Of a DNA stretch of 60,008 nucleotides, positions 45,452 through 53,429 are shown piece by piece (the stretch's first letter is position 1; the number at the start of each line of letters is the position of its first letter). The notes beneath the pieces are model-generated. The model was given only the letters and a program-made list of their open reading frames with translations. It ran no database searches and was not told the origin of the DNA. The position numbers and the translations under genes are program-made. This DNA is from an uncultured Candidatus Saccharibacteria bacterium (GTDB lineage: Bacteria > Patescibacteriota > Dojkabacteria > B142 > OLB20), in the NCBI GenBank assembly GCA_964420145.1, contig CAYQRB010000001.1, forward strand, positions 1-60,008, in the 5' to 3' direction.

Positions 45452-46872
45452 TTGCTTTTGGAAACTCTCTGTCCCTCAGGAGTATCCTCTACTATGAGTG
45501 CATATTCTTTTTGTAATATATCTCTTAATTGATCTGACTCATCCCATTTACCCATTTTCCTTGCTAATTCTCGTTTATCAAGAAGAGCCCTTGCTTTATC
45601 CGAAATATCAGTTTTGTTTTGTTTTAATAAATTCAACCCCAGCACTTTGTCAAAATCTGCTATTGTAGCTAGTTTTGTTTCAATATCCAGGTCAGATTTT
45701 ATAACTTCCCAAAGCAAAGCCAACCCTTCAGGAATATTAAAATCATTTTCGAGAGCTTTAGTAAATCTGTCTTGATATTCCTTCGATACCTCTCCTGGCG
45801 TATGGCTCTCACTCATAAGTGCTATTTGTTTTTTTAATCTATTAAAAGCTTGTTGTGAAGCGGAAAGAGCATCCCAAGTAAAGTTTTGTTTAGAACGATA
45901 ATGTGCATTAAGATAAAAATACCTTAGTGATAGAGGTTCATATTTTCTAGTAATCACATCATCAAGGGTATACGCAGTACCTTCTGATTTGCTCATTTTT
46001 TTCCCTTCGAAAAGTAAGTGTTCGTTGTGTAACCAATAGTTTACAAATTTCACATCGTTTGTTGCCTCACTTTGAGCAATCTCGTTGGTATGGTGAATTG
46101 AAATATGCTCTACCCCACCCATATGTAAATCTATAGTTTTACCCAGTAGGCTTCCTGCCATAGCACTACATTCAATATGCCAACCCGGAATACCCTCCCC
46201 ATTTTTGACTTCTTTAGAATTAAAAGGAGATGGCCAGTACTGTAAAGCGTTTGTATGTGATCCTGTCTTAAAAAACCACAACGCAAAGTCTTGTGAATCC
46301 TTTTTGTTTGGATCTGACACTTCTCCTTTCCCCTCTCCTGCTTTATTTTTTTCTAATCTTTGTCCACTTAGTTGTGTATAGTTCGGAAATTTTGCAACTT
46401 CAAAATATACTGCCTTGTCTGTTTCATAGGCATATCCTTTCTTTAACAATACTTTAATCATATCTTGTATTTGAGAGATATATTTACTTGCAACAGGTTT
46501 TTTATCCGGCTCTAAAACATTGATAGCTTTTGTATCTTTTTCAAAAATATCTATATATTTTGTAGCAATTGTTTGTGGATCGAGTTTCTCTCGCTTTGAA
46601 GCCTTTTCCATACGATCTTCTCCCATATCCGCATCTCCTAGATTGTCACCTGTAAGATGTCCCACATCTGTATAATTTCGGACAAAGTTTACATCGTAAC
46701 CCAAATAAGTCAAACTTCTACGGATAAGATCTGCCATAACCATTCCCCTCAGGTTTCCAATTTGTTGAACCCAATACACAGTTGGACCACAATGATAAAA
46801 ACTAACCTTTTTATCTATTATGGGCTTAAATTCTTCGAGATGTCGGCTTAAGGTGTTATAGATTTTGAGCAT
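45448..46872 (-). CDS. cysS: cysteinyl-tRNA synthetase
   Basis: MLKIYNTLSR...FYHCGPTVY, GWHIECSAM, HHTNEIAQSE, KMSKS and DDFNIPEG all align with CysRS. The HIGH signature reads QIGN. Confidence 0.9.
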   Translation of the reverse strand: MLKIYNTLSRHLEEFKPIIDKKVSFYHCGPTVYWVQQIGNLRGMVMADLIRRSLTYLGYDVNFVRNYTDVGHLTGDNLGDADMGEDRMEKASKREKLDPQTIATKYIDIFEKDTKAINVLEPDKKPVASKYISQIQDMIKVLLKKGYAYETDKAVYFEVAKFPNYTQLSGQRLEKNKAGEGKGEVSDPNKKDSQDFALWFFKTGSHTNALQYWPSPFNSKEVKNGEGIPGWHIECSAMAGSLLGKTIDLHMGGVEHISIHHTNEIAQSEATNDVKFVNYWLHNEHLLFEGKKMSKSEGTAYTLDDVITRKYEPLSLRYFYLNAHYRSKQNFTWDALSASQQAFNRLKKQIALMSESHTPGEVSKEYQDRFTKALENDFNIPEGLALLWEVIKSDLDIETKLATIADFDKVLGLNLLKQNKTDISDKARALLDKRELARKMGKWDESDQLRDILQKEYALIVEDTPEGQRVSKSN

Positions 46873-46887
46873 ATGAGTAAAACTAAG

Positions 46888-47691
46888 TTAATATTTATCA
46901 GTAAAATATTCGTTATTAAATAATAACATTAAAAGCCACAATGGTTTGCCATGTGTAAGATTTTGTGATTTATGTTGCTTAACAGCTCTATATTTTTGAA
47001 AAAGATATTGCCAAACAGGTAGTCGATAAATAGGCGGTGCCTGCTCTATCTTCTTACCATTAGCCATATGCAACGGTAACTTCATATGTTTCAAAACATT
47101 TTTGGGTAGCGTTTTATAGAGTATTTTTATTTTTTTTTGTTTACTAAATACCTCACTATTCACCACATCGTATACCAAAGAAGTTAAAGCAATATGATCA
47201 GGATGTCCGTATAAACCTGCTCTTTCATATACTAAAATCAAATCAGGACTAAATTGATTAACTTCCTTAAGTAGTTTCTTTTTTATTTGCTCAATTCGCC
47301 TATCTATTTGACCATCTTGAAAATTCCACATTTCATAACTATCAACCCCCAAAATTTCTATAGCATTGTTGTATTCGATCTCTCTTGTTTTGGCAAGTTC
47401 AGCTTCTGGTATTTTAAGTAATTCATCTCCCTTCTCCCCTTTGGTTATACAAATATGCTTTATATCCACTCTTTGATCTTCACCAAACTTTGATAGGAAA
47501 CCACCAGAAGTCATAGTTTCATCGTCTGGATGTGGATCTATAGCCAAAATTTTGTATTCCTTTTTTTTACCAAGTAGTTTTTCTATATGTAGTATTGGGA
47601 GGTCATATCTATTTAAATAAATATTTAGTACTAAATAACAACCTCCAAGCAGAAATACTAGTCCTGATAATATACCGGTAATTTCTAACAT
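46888..47691 (-). CDS. membrane-anchored PIG-L/LmbE-family N-acetylglucosaminyl deacetylase
   Basis: N-terminal TM helix, then AIDPHPDDETMTSGG and GHPDHIA zinc-binding signatures. Confidence 0.8.
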   Translation of the reverse strand: MLEITGILSGLVFLLGGCYLVLNIYLNRYDLPILHIEKLLGKKKEYKILAIDPHPDDETMTSGGFLSKFGEDQRVDIKHICITKGEKGDELLKIPEAELAKTREIEYNNAIEILGVDSYEMWNFQDGQIDRRIEQIKKKLLKEVNQFSPDLILVYERAGLYGHPDHIALTSLVYDVVNSEVFSKQKKIKILYKTLPKNVLKHMKLPLHMANGKKIEQAPPIYRLPVWQYLFQKYRAVKQHKSQNLTHGKPLWLLMLLFNNEYFTDKY

Positions 47692-47700
47692 AGTACTAAA

Positions 47701-47750
47701 TTAAAAAATAAAAAGACCCCGTGCTTGTCTTATAGACAAAAACAGGGCCT
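47701..47750 (-). terminator. intrinsic terminator of the T-box leader
   Basis: AGGCCCUGUUUUUGUC-UAUAA-GACAAGCACGGGGUCU (one mismatch, a few G-U pairs) plus a U-tract ending 9 nt before the PIG-L ATG. Confidence 0.75.
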
Positions 47751-47872
47751 CTTGAGCTGGCGGTCCCACCTGTGGTTATACTTAGGGGTTGGGTATTTAG
47801 ATTTTTGCAGTTTTAGCGAAATACTGTCCGCTTCATTTATCGGTTTTCAACTATTTCCGATTTTCTGATTAA
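47701..47872 (-). promoter_or_regulatory. T-box riboswitch leader (antiterminator/terminator switch)
   Basis: Minus strand CAGG-UGGGACC-GCC-(9 nt loop)-GGC-CCUG gives helix A1 (47772-47769/47746-47743), a 7-nt UGGNACC bulge (47768-47762) and helix A2. The 3' strand overlaps a 16-bp terminator stem (47750-47735/47729-47714) followed by UUUUUAUUUUUU. A UGC-A candidate Cys specifier lies at 47809-47806. Confidence 0.75.
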
Positions 47873-47876
47873 AGTA

Positions 47877-47905
47877 ATTATAACAAAGCATATTCAGGAA
47901 AACAA
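47877..47905 (-). promoter_or_regulatory. sigma70-like promoter (TTGTTT-17 nt-TATAAT) of the T-box-PIG-L-cysS unit
   Basis: Minus strand TTGTTT (47905-47900), a 17-nt spacer and a perfect TATAAT (47882-47877). Confidence 0.5.
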
Positions 47906-47955
47906 TTAGCGTTATCCTCCCACATGGGCAACGCCAGAAACAAAGTAGACCAAAC

Positions 47956-48612
47956 TTAGTCTCTTGCAAAAACCAATCCATAAACTTCTTTGATACCATT
48001 ACTTCGCAAAACCTTTGCACATTCTTCCAGTGTCGTACCTGTGGTCATAACATCATCTACAAGCACAACACTCTCATAAGAAACTTTATATCTTAAACCA
48101 AATACATCTTTTAAGTTTTTTTGTCGTTGGTTTCGATCTAATCCTACTTGTGTTTTTGTATTTTTGGTCCTAACCATACAGTTATCAACATTTCCACCTA
48201 TCGATTTAGCTAGTAAATTTGCTTGATTAAATCCTCTGTAGTTTTCCTTAAATTTATGTAAAGGAACTGGAATCAATGCTTCACAGTTTACACCCGACTC
48301 TAAGTACACCTTTTTCATAATTACACCGACTTCTGAAGTTATGGAAAAATACAAATTGTATTTTAATTCCTCTATTATGGTTTTGGCAGGTTGGTTGTAA
48401 TGCACTGCAACAAATACACCATCTAAATTAGTTTTACTTCGACAATAATCATGAACCAGGCTAGTTCGAAGAATCTTTTTACACACATGACAAATCTGCT
48501 CTCTGTAATAAACCAATCTTTTCTTTTTGCAAGACTTACAAACCAGACAACCTTGCGTATCACAAAACACACATGCTTTCGGAAAAAAGAAATTATCAAT
48601 CTTAGTTAACAT
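47956..48612 (-). CDS. comFC: ComF-family phosphoribosyltransferase-domain protein (ComFC-like)
   Basis: N-terminal Cys4 cluster (CVFCDTQGCLVCKSC...CHVC) and a C-terminal PRPP loop VVLVDDVMTTGTT. Confidence 0.8.
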   Translation of the reverse strand: MLTKIDNFFFPKACVFCDTQGCLVCKSCKKKRLVYYREQICHVCKKILRTSLVHDYCRSKTNLDGVFVAVHYNQPAKTIIEELKYNLYFSITSEVGVIMKKVYLESGVNCEALIPVPLHKFKENYRGFNQANLLAKSIGGNVDNCMVRTKNTKTQVGLDRNQRQKNLKDVFGLRYKVSYESVVLVDDVMTTGTTLEECAKVLRSNGIKEVYGLVFARD

Positions 48613-48809
48613 CGTTATTTAACTGATAGAGCAACGCTAAACCTCTGTCTAAATAATTTATACATTACACTTCTGATATTTTTCTGAAATTATCCACATT
48701 CCCAACTCTTTATGTTTTAAGCTTATGATCTTAAAACCCAAAACAAGCTGATTACTATTTACACATACAGGGCAAGCCGTTATTATTTATTAAGAAGAGA
48801 ATTACCATT

Positions 48810-49646
48810 ATGTATATTGCTATAGATATAGGTGGAACCAAAACAGCATTTGCCAAGCTAGACAAACTAGACCACCCCACTATCGGGACAAAAGAGATAA
48901 TTTCAACTCCTCAAAGCTATGATGATGCACTTGACAAACTCTATACTCAAATAGATAAACTTAGTAAATGGCAAAAGATCGAAGGCATCTCTCTTGCAAT
49001 CCCTGGCAGTGTGTATAATCAAAAAATAGAGCTACTTACAAACCTACAAGACTGGAATCGTAAACCACTAATTGATGATTTGAAGAAAAGATATAATACT
49101 AAAATAATTATTAAAAATGATGCAGTTGCTACAGCTCGTGCAGAAAGATACTTTGGAAAGGCAAAAGGATTAGATAGGTATTTATATGGGATCATTGGTA
49201 CGGGTTTTGGAGCCACCTATGTACATAAGGTAGCTGATAATTTTCTAGAACTACCACTAGAACCAGAATATATGATTGTAAACTCAAAAGGCACACATAG
49301 AAATCGTTTTAATACACCAGGACTACTTGGTGCTTATGCTACTGGTGCAGTGATCCAAGAAAAAACAGGAATCCAATCTCTAGCAAGCCTTAGTGACGAA
49401 GATCCGATTTGGGATGAGATGGTACACTATCTAGGAATAGGACTCAACAACCTTATAACTTTATTCAAACCACCAGTAATTATTTTTTCAGGTGGTATAA
49501 TTGTGCATAGACAATTTTTATTAAAAAAGCTACGAATGGAATTAGCACAATATATTGAATACTTGCCCCAACCAGAGTTAACCATTACAGACTTTGGTGA
49601 CAATGCTAGCCTCTACGGAGCAATTTCCTTGCTTTATGAATTATAA
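48810..49646 (+). CDS. ROK-family sugar kinase-like protein
   Basis: YIAIDIGGTKTAFA N-terminal ATPase motif, NDAVATARAE, GIIGTGFGATYV. It lacks the usual ROK Cys zinc motif. Confidence 0.65.
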   Translation: MYIAIDIGGTKTAFAKLDKLDHPTIGTKEIISTPQSYDDALDKLYTQIDKLSKWQKIEGISLAIPGSVYNQKIELLTNLQDWNRKPLIDDLKKRYNTKIIIKNDAVATARAERYFGKAKGLDRYLYGIIGTGFGATYVHKVADNFLELPLEPEYMIVNSKGTHRNRFNTPGLLGAYATGAVIQEKTGIQSLASLSDEDPIWDEMVHYLGIGLNNLITLFKPPVIIFSGGIIVHRQFLLKKLRMELAQYIEYLPQPELTITDFGDNASLYGAISLLYEL

Positions 49647-49648
49647 AT

Positions 49649-52384
49649 ATGCTTCCCAAAGGGCCATATCAACCACAACTTACCGAAAGTGAAATTCTAA
49701 AATTTTGGCTGGATAATAAGTTTTACTCACCAGAATACAGAAGCGAAAAGGAGCTCTCTACTGCAAAAGAGGAAAACCGAGAAGCGTTCACAATAGTTCT
49801 CCCTCCCCCTAATGCAAACGGAAACCTACATTTAGGACATATGTCTGGTTATGCGTACCAGGACTTGATGGGAAGACTTGCTCGTATGCAAGGGAAAAAG
49901 GTGCTTCTACTACCGGGAAAAGATCACGCTGGAATCCAAACAGAAGTTGTATTTGAAAAAGAACTTGAGAAACAAGGAAAATCTAAGAAAGAGTTAGGAA
50001 GAGAAAAGTTCTATCAACTTTGTTATGACTTTTGTACACAAAAAGCAGAGAACGCCAGAAACCAAGAAAAGAAAATAGGACTAAGTGCAGATTTTGATCG
50101 TGAGCTTTTTACCCTAGATCCTAAAATTGTAAAAGAAGTTATGAAGGCCTTTGAGTTGATGTATCAAGATAATCTAATTTACCGTGATAAAAGGATAATC
50201 AACTGGTGTACAAGATGTCAGTCTGCACTAGCAGACATTGATACTGAGTTCAAAGATTCGGTGAGCCCGTTTTATTATTTTAAGTACAGTTTTATAAACC
50301 CAGAGCCAGAAGCTATACGACTAAAAAACCAATTTGAAGGACAAATAATAAACTGGGAAGTCAAACAATCACAAAACAAAGATGGGGAATCACTCCCTCC
50401 GTTCATACTTGGGGAGTATGAGAACACAGAAATCATAGGTATTGGGTATAACGATACTACGATAGTATCCAATAGAAAAGGGAAAGTAGTTGGGATAGAA
50501 ATGAGATTAGATAATAAATTTAGAATAGTAGTTATAAATGAAAACTTTGATGGAGATATAAAAACAGAAATAAGTAAAGTGTTTCTGTTTGAGTCACGAC
50601 TCTATGCAGGAGCTCATATTATATTATTCGATGAATACCCCGACAATAAATATTATACCAATGGTTTTATTTTAGGGACTGTACGACCAGAAACCAAGTT
50701 TGGAGATACTGCTTTGGCAGTTGATCCAGATGATCAAAGATACAAAAACTATGTTAATAATAAATTTGATGTACAGACTCTCATAGGAACAACTACAATC
50801 ACAATAATAGCTGATAATGCAGTAGATGAAGGTTTTGGAACCGGAATGGTCAAAGTTACCCCTGCCCACTCTATAGAAGACTGGGATATTGCACAACGCC
50901 ACAAAAACAAAGCAATGCCCGAAAAACAAGTCATCGGTTTTGATGGAAAACTAAACCATCTAACAGGACGGTACGAAGGAATGACAGTCAAAGAAGCTCG
51001 CAAAGCTATGATTCCAGATATGGTGAAAAGCGGAACACTCGTTTATCTTGATAATAATTACACCAATAGGATTCGAATCTGTGAACGATGCAAATACCCT
51101 ATAGAACCTCTAATTTCTTATCAATGGTTTGTTGATACCAAACCATTAAAAACAGAAGCTAAAAGACTTGTAGAACAAGGATTTACTAATATTATGCCAG
51201 AAGGAAAGAAAAAGACCTATATACAGTGGATGAATACAGAGGAAGATTGGTGCATAACAAGGCAACTTTGGTGGGGTTATCGTTTACCAGTATGGTATAA
51301 AGGAAAAAGGGAGCAATATATTACAGAAACGGGAGAAGTCAAAGAAAAAATTGCTGGTAAAATTATCGATAGAACCGAAGATTACAAAGGATTGTTACAA
51401 GTAAGGTCGGATAATCCCAATACAAATTCAGCCGACGAATGGCAACAAGATACAGATGTACTCGATACCTGGTTTTCATCAGGACAGTGGCCGTTTGTTA
51501 CTTTGATGGTAAAAGATGGTGATTACGAGAACTTCTACCCCACTCAAGTTATGGAAACCGGTTGGGATATCTTACTATTCTGGGTAACTCGAATGATGCT
51601 TTTAAACCCTTACCGAGCAAACCACTACAACAAAAATATAGATCGCACACAAAAGACTTCCTCCAACATTTTGAATTTCAAAGATCAAGAAAATAAAATT
51701 ATCCCATTTAAATCTGTCTATTTACATGGATTAGTCTTAGATAAAAATGGTGTTAAGATGAGTAAATCCAAAGGTAACGGGATTGACCCTTTTGAAATGA
51801 TGCAAAAATATGGAACAGATGCTTTGCGGTTTAGTTTCATCAAAGGGAACTCTGTAGGTCAAAACTATCGTCTATACGAAGAAAAAATTGCATCTAATAG
51901 AAATTTTTGTAACAAAATATGGAATGCTTCTAAGTTTGTACTTTTCAATATTGACGACAATGCGGACAAGTTAATAACCTTAACACAGCAGGAGTTATCC
52001 CTAACTGATAGCGATAAGGTTTTCCTTAAACATATAGAGGGGTTGATCACAGAAACTACTAGAAGACTCTCTGATTTTCAGTTTGGAATAGCTGCAGACG
52101 AATTGTATGACTCATTCTGGCATCAATTTGCAGATATTTATCTGGAACAGATTAAAACTAGGCTTTACACTAAGGATCGTGATGGTAATCCAATTAACAC
52201 TACTTCTGTAGAAAAAGAAAGTAGACTATCTGCACAATGGATGCTACTCTACTCACTCGAAGTTTACCTAAAACTCCTACATCCATTTATGCCATTTATT
52301 ACCGAAAATATCTGGCAAGCTCTTCCCAAGCATAACAGTGAGTCAGAAACTATAATGTACTCGAGGTGGCCAGAAGTTTCCTAA
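49649..52384 (+). CDS. valS: valyl-tRNA synthetase
   Basis: PPPNANGNLHLGH (HIGH), TVRPETKFGDTALAV editing-domain motif, DVLDTWFSS, KMSKSKGN. Confidence 0.95.
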   Translation: MLPKGPYQPQLTESEILKFWLDNKFYSPEYRSEKELSTAKEENREAFTIVLPPPNANGNLHLGHMSGYAYQDLMGRLARMQGKKVLLLPGKDHAGIQTEVVFEKELEKQGKSKKELGREKFYQLCYDFCTQKAENARNQEKKIGLSADFDRELFTLDPKIVKEVMKAFELMYQDNLIYRDKRIINWCTRCQSALADIDTEFKDSVSPFYYFKYSFINPEPEAIRLKNQFEGQIINWEVKQSQNKDGESLPPFILGEYENTEIIGIGYNDTTIVSNRKGKVVGIEMRLDNKFRIVVINENFDGDIKTEISKVFLFESRLYAGAHIILFDEYPDNKYYTNGFILGTVRPETKFGDTALAVDPDDQRYKNYVNNKFDVQTLIGTTTITIIADNAVDEGFGTGMVKVTPAHSIEDWDIAQRHKNKAMPEKQVIGFDGKLNHLTGRYEGMTVKEARKAMIPDMVKSGTLVYLDNNYTNRIRICERCKYPIEPLISYQWFVDTKPLKTEAKRLVEQGFTNIMPEGKKKTYIQWMNTEEDWCITRQLWWGYRLPVWYKGKREQYITETGEVKEKIAGKIIDRTEDYKGLLQVRSDNPNTNSADEWQQDTDVLDTWFSSGQWPFVTLMVKDGDYENFYPTQVMETGWDILLFWVTRMMLLNPYRANHYNKNIDRTQKTSSNILNFKDQENKIIPFKSVYLHGLVLDKNGVKMSKSKGNGIDPFEMMQKYGTDALRFSFIKGNSVGQNYRLYEEKIASNRNFCNKIWNASKFVLFNIDDNADKLITLTQQELSLTDSDKVFLKHIEGLITETTRRLSDFQFGIAADELYDSFWHQFADIYLEQIKTRLYTKDRDGNPINTTSVEKESRLSAQWMLLYSLEVYLKLLHPFMPFITENIWQALPKHNSESETIMYSRWPEVS

Positions 52385-52447
52385 GACAAGAACCTTAAAC
52401 AACACCCCTCGATAACATAAAAACTTATATCCTTGTGAATAAAAAAA

Positions 52448-52481
52448 GCCCATTATCTGTAAGATAACGGGCTTCCTTTTT
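52448..52481. terminator. bidirectional rho-independent terminator between convergent valS and the 252-aa gene
   Basis: GCCCATTATCT-GTA-AGATAACGGGC with A-run upstream and TTCCTTTTT downstream, so both strands see a stem plus U-tract. Confidence 0.75.
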
Positions 52482-52515
52482 AACTTAGTTGGTCAAACCA
52501 CCAGATACGGTGTGT

Positions 52516-53274
52516 TTATTGGTATATAGATGTTACACCTGGTTTCGGTGTTACAGTTGGTTTCATTGTTGGTGTTGGTGTGGATACGGTTCGTTTTGAT
52601 GTTGGTGTTGGTGTAGGTATCCCTGGCTTAGATGTTACAGTTGGTTCTATCGTTGGGACGGGCACATTGGAGCCTTTGTGTGTATATTCTGCAAGTCTTC
52701 TTGTTGGACTTAAAACCAACTTCCCACCAACCATATATCCATGATTGTTCCCAGTAAGGATTTCCATAGATTTAAGGTCTCTTGTGTTATATATAGAAGG
52801 TTTTATCGAAACTGTTGCCAGTATATCTCCAGGATTTATCACTCCAGTTTTGGATGTTATATCAAAACAAACAGTATTTGATGTGAAAGCTTGTTGGTTC
52901 CTACATGTTCCTATAACAAGGTAATTACTGTTTCCATTAGGATTAACCTTTATATTGGTTACTACTAGATTAGAAAAATCTAATCTCATCTGTATCGCAG
53001 CTACATTCCCTGAGTTAACAGGAATTGCAATAATATTAACATTAGTTACTTGGTTTTGTAAAACTGGCCCAGAAGCAGGATTAACTATTACTCCTGTAGA
53101 TACAGCAAGGGATGGGGTTGGAACCAAGGCTGCTTGTGTATCTGCTGTATTTACCTCTCTACCCAATAAAAAAGCTACCGCCGTCAATGTAAAAACTGCT
53201 AAAAGCATACTCATAACTACTACTCCTACGACAACTTTCTTATTTTTGACCTTCTCCATTATTAATTTTATCAA
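52516..53274 (-). CDS. secreted/anchored protein with beta-rich domain and P/T-rich C-terminal repeats
   Basis: N-terminal TM/signal VVVGVVVMSMLLAVFTLTAVAFLL. C-terminal PTIEPTVTSKPGIPTPTPTSKRTVSTPTPTMKPTVTPKPG. Confidence 0.5.
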   Translation of the reverse strand: MIKLIMEKVKNKKVVVGVVVMSMLLAVFTLTAVAFLLGREVNTADTQAALVPTPSLAVSTGVIVNPASGPVLQNQVTNVNIIAIPVNSGNVAAIQMRLDFSNLVVTNIKVNPNGNSNYLVIGTCRNQQAFTSNTVCFDITSKTGVINPGDILATVSIKPSIYNTRDLKSMEILTGNNHGYMVGGKLVLSPTRRLAEYTHKGSNVPVPTIEPTVTSKPGIPTPTPTSKRTVSTPTPTMKPTVTPKPGVTSIYQ

Positions 53275-53429
53275 AATATATTAAATAATAATTTATACTA
53301 CACAATTCGAAAATCTGATGCAAATATTTTTATATCTTCAAACCCTTTTCAGAATTATAAAAATTTCAACCTTCCCCAAAATACCTCTAAAAAAACTATC
53401 TCTTATATCCTTTGTAACCAAAACCTATA

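Noticed and set aside
45448-46872. CysRS HIGH motif reading QIGN as evidence of an inactive synthetase
   Set aside because: HIGN variants are common in bona fide CysRS, so only the first His differs. KMSKS, the zinc and Cys-binding residues and the anticodon domain look intact, so I keep the normal cysS call.
47740-47790. Possible SRP (4.5S) RNA helix-8 motif (CAGGUGGGACCGCCAGC)
   Set aside because: The tetraloop would be GGAC and the flanking symmetric and asymmetric loop sequences do not match SRP RNA. The same nucleotides fit the T-box antiterminator perfectly, including the overlap with a terminator.
52516-52700. Tandem GGTGTTGG/GTTGGT-type nucleotide repeats that might be mistaken for a repeat array
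   Set aside because: They are the antisense image of in-frame P/T-rich peptide repeats (TPTPT, KPTVT) at the C-terminus of the 252-aa protein. There are no spacers or regular unit length, so this is not a CRISPR or other non-coding array.
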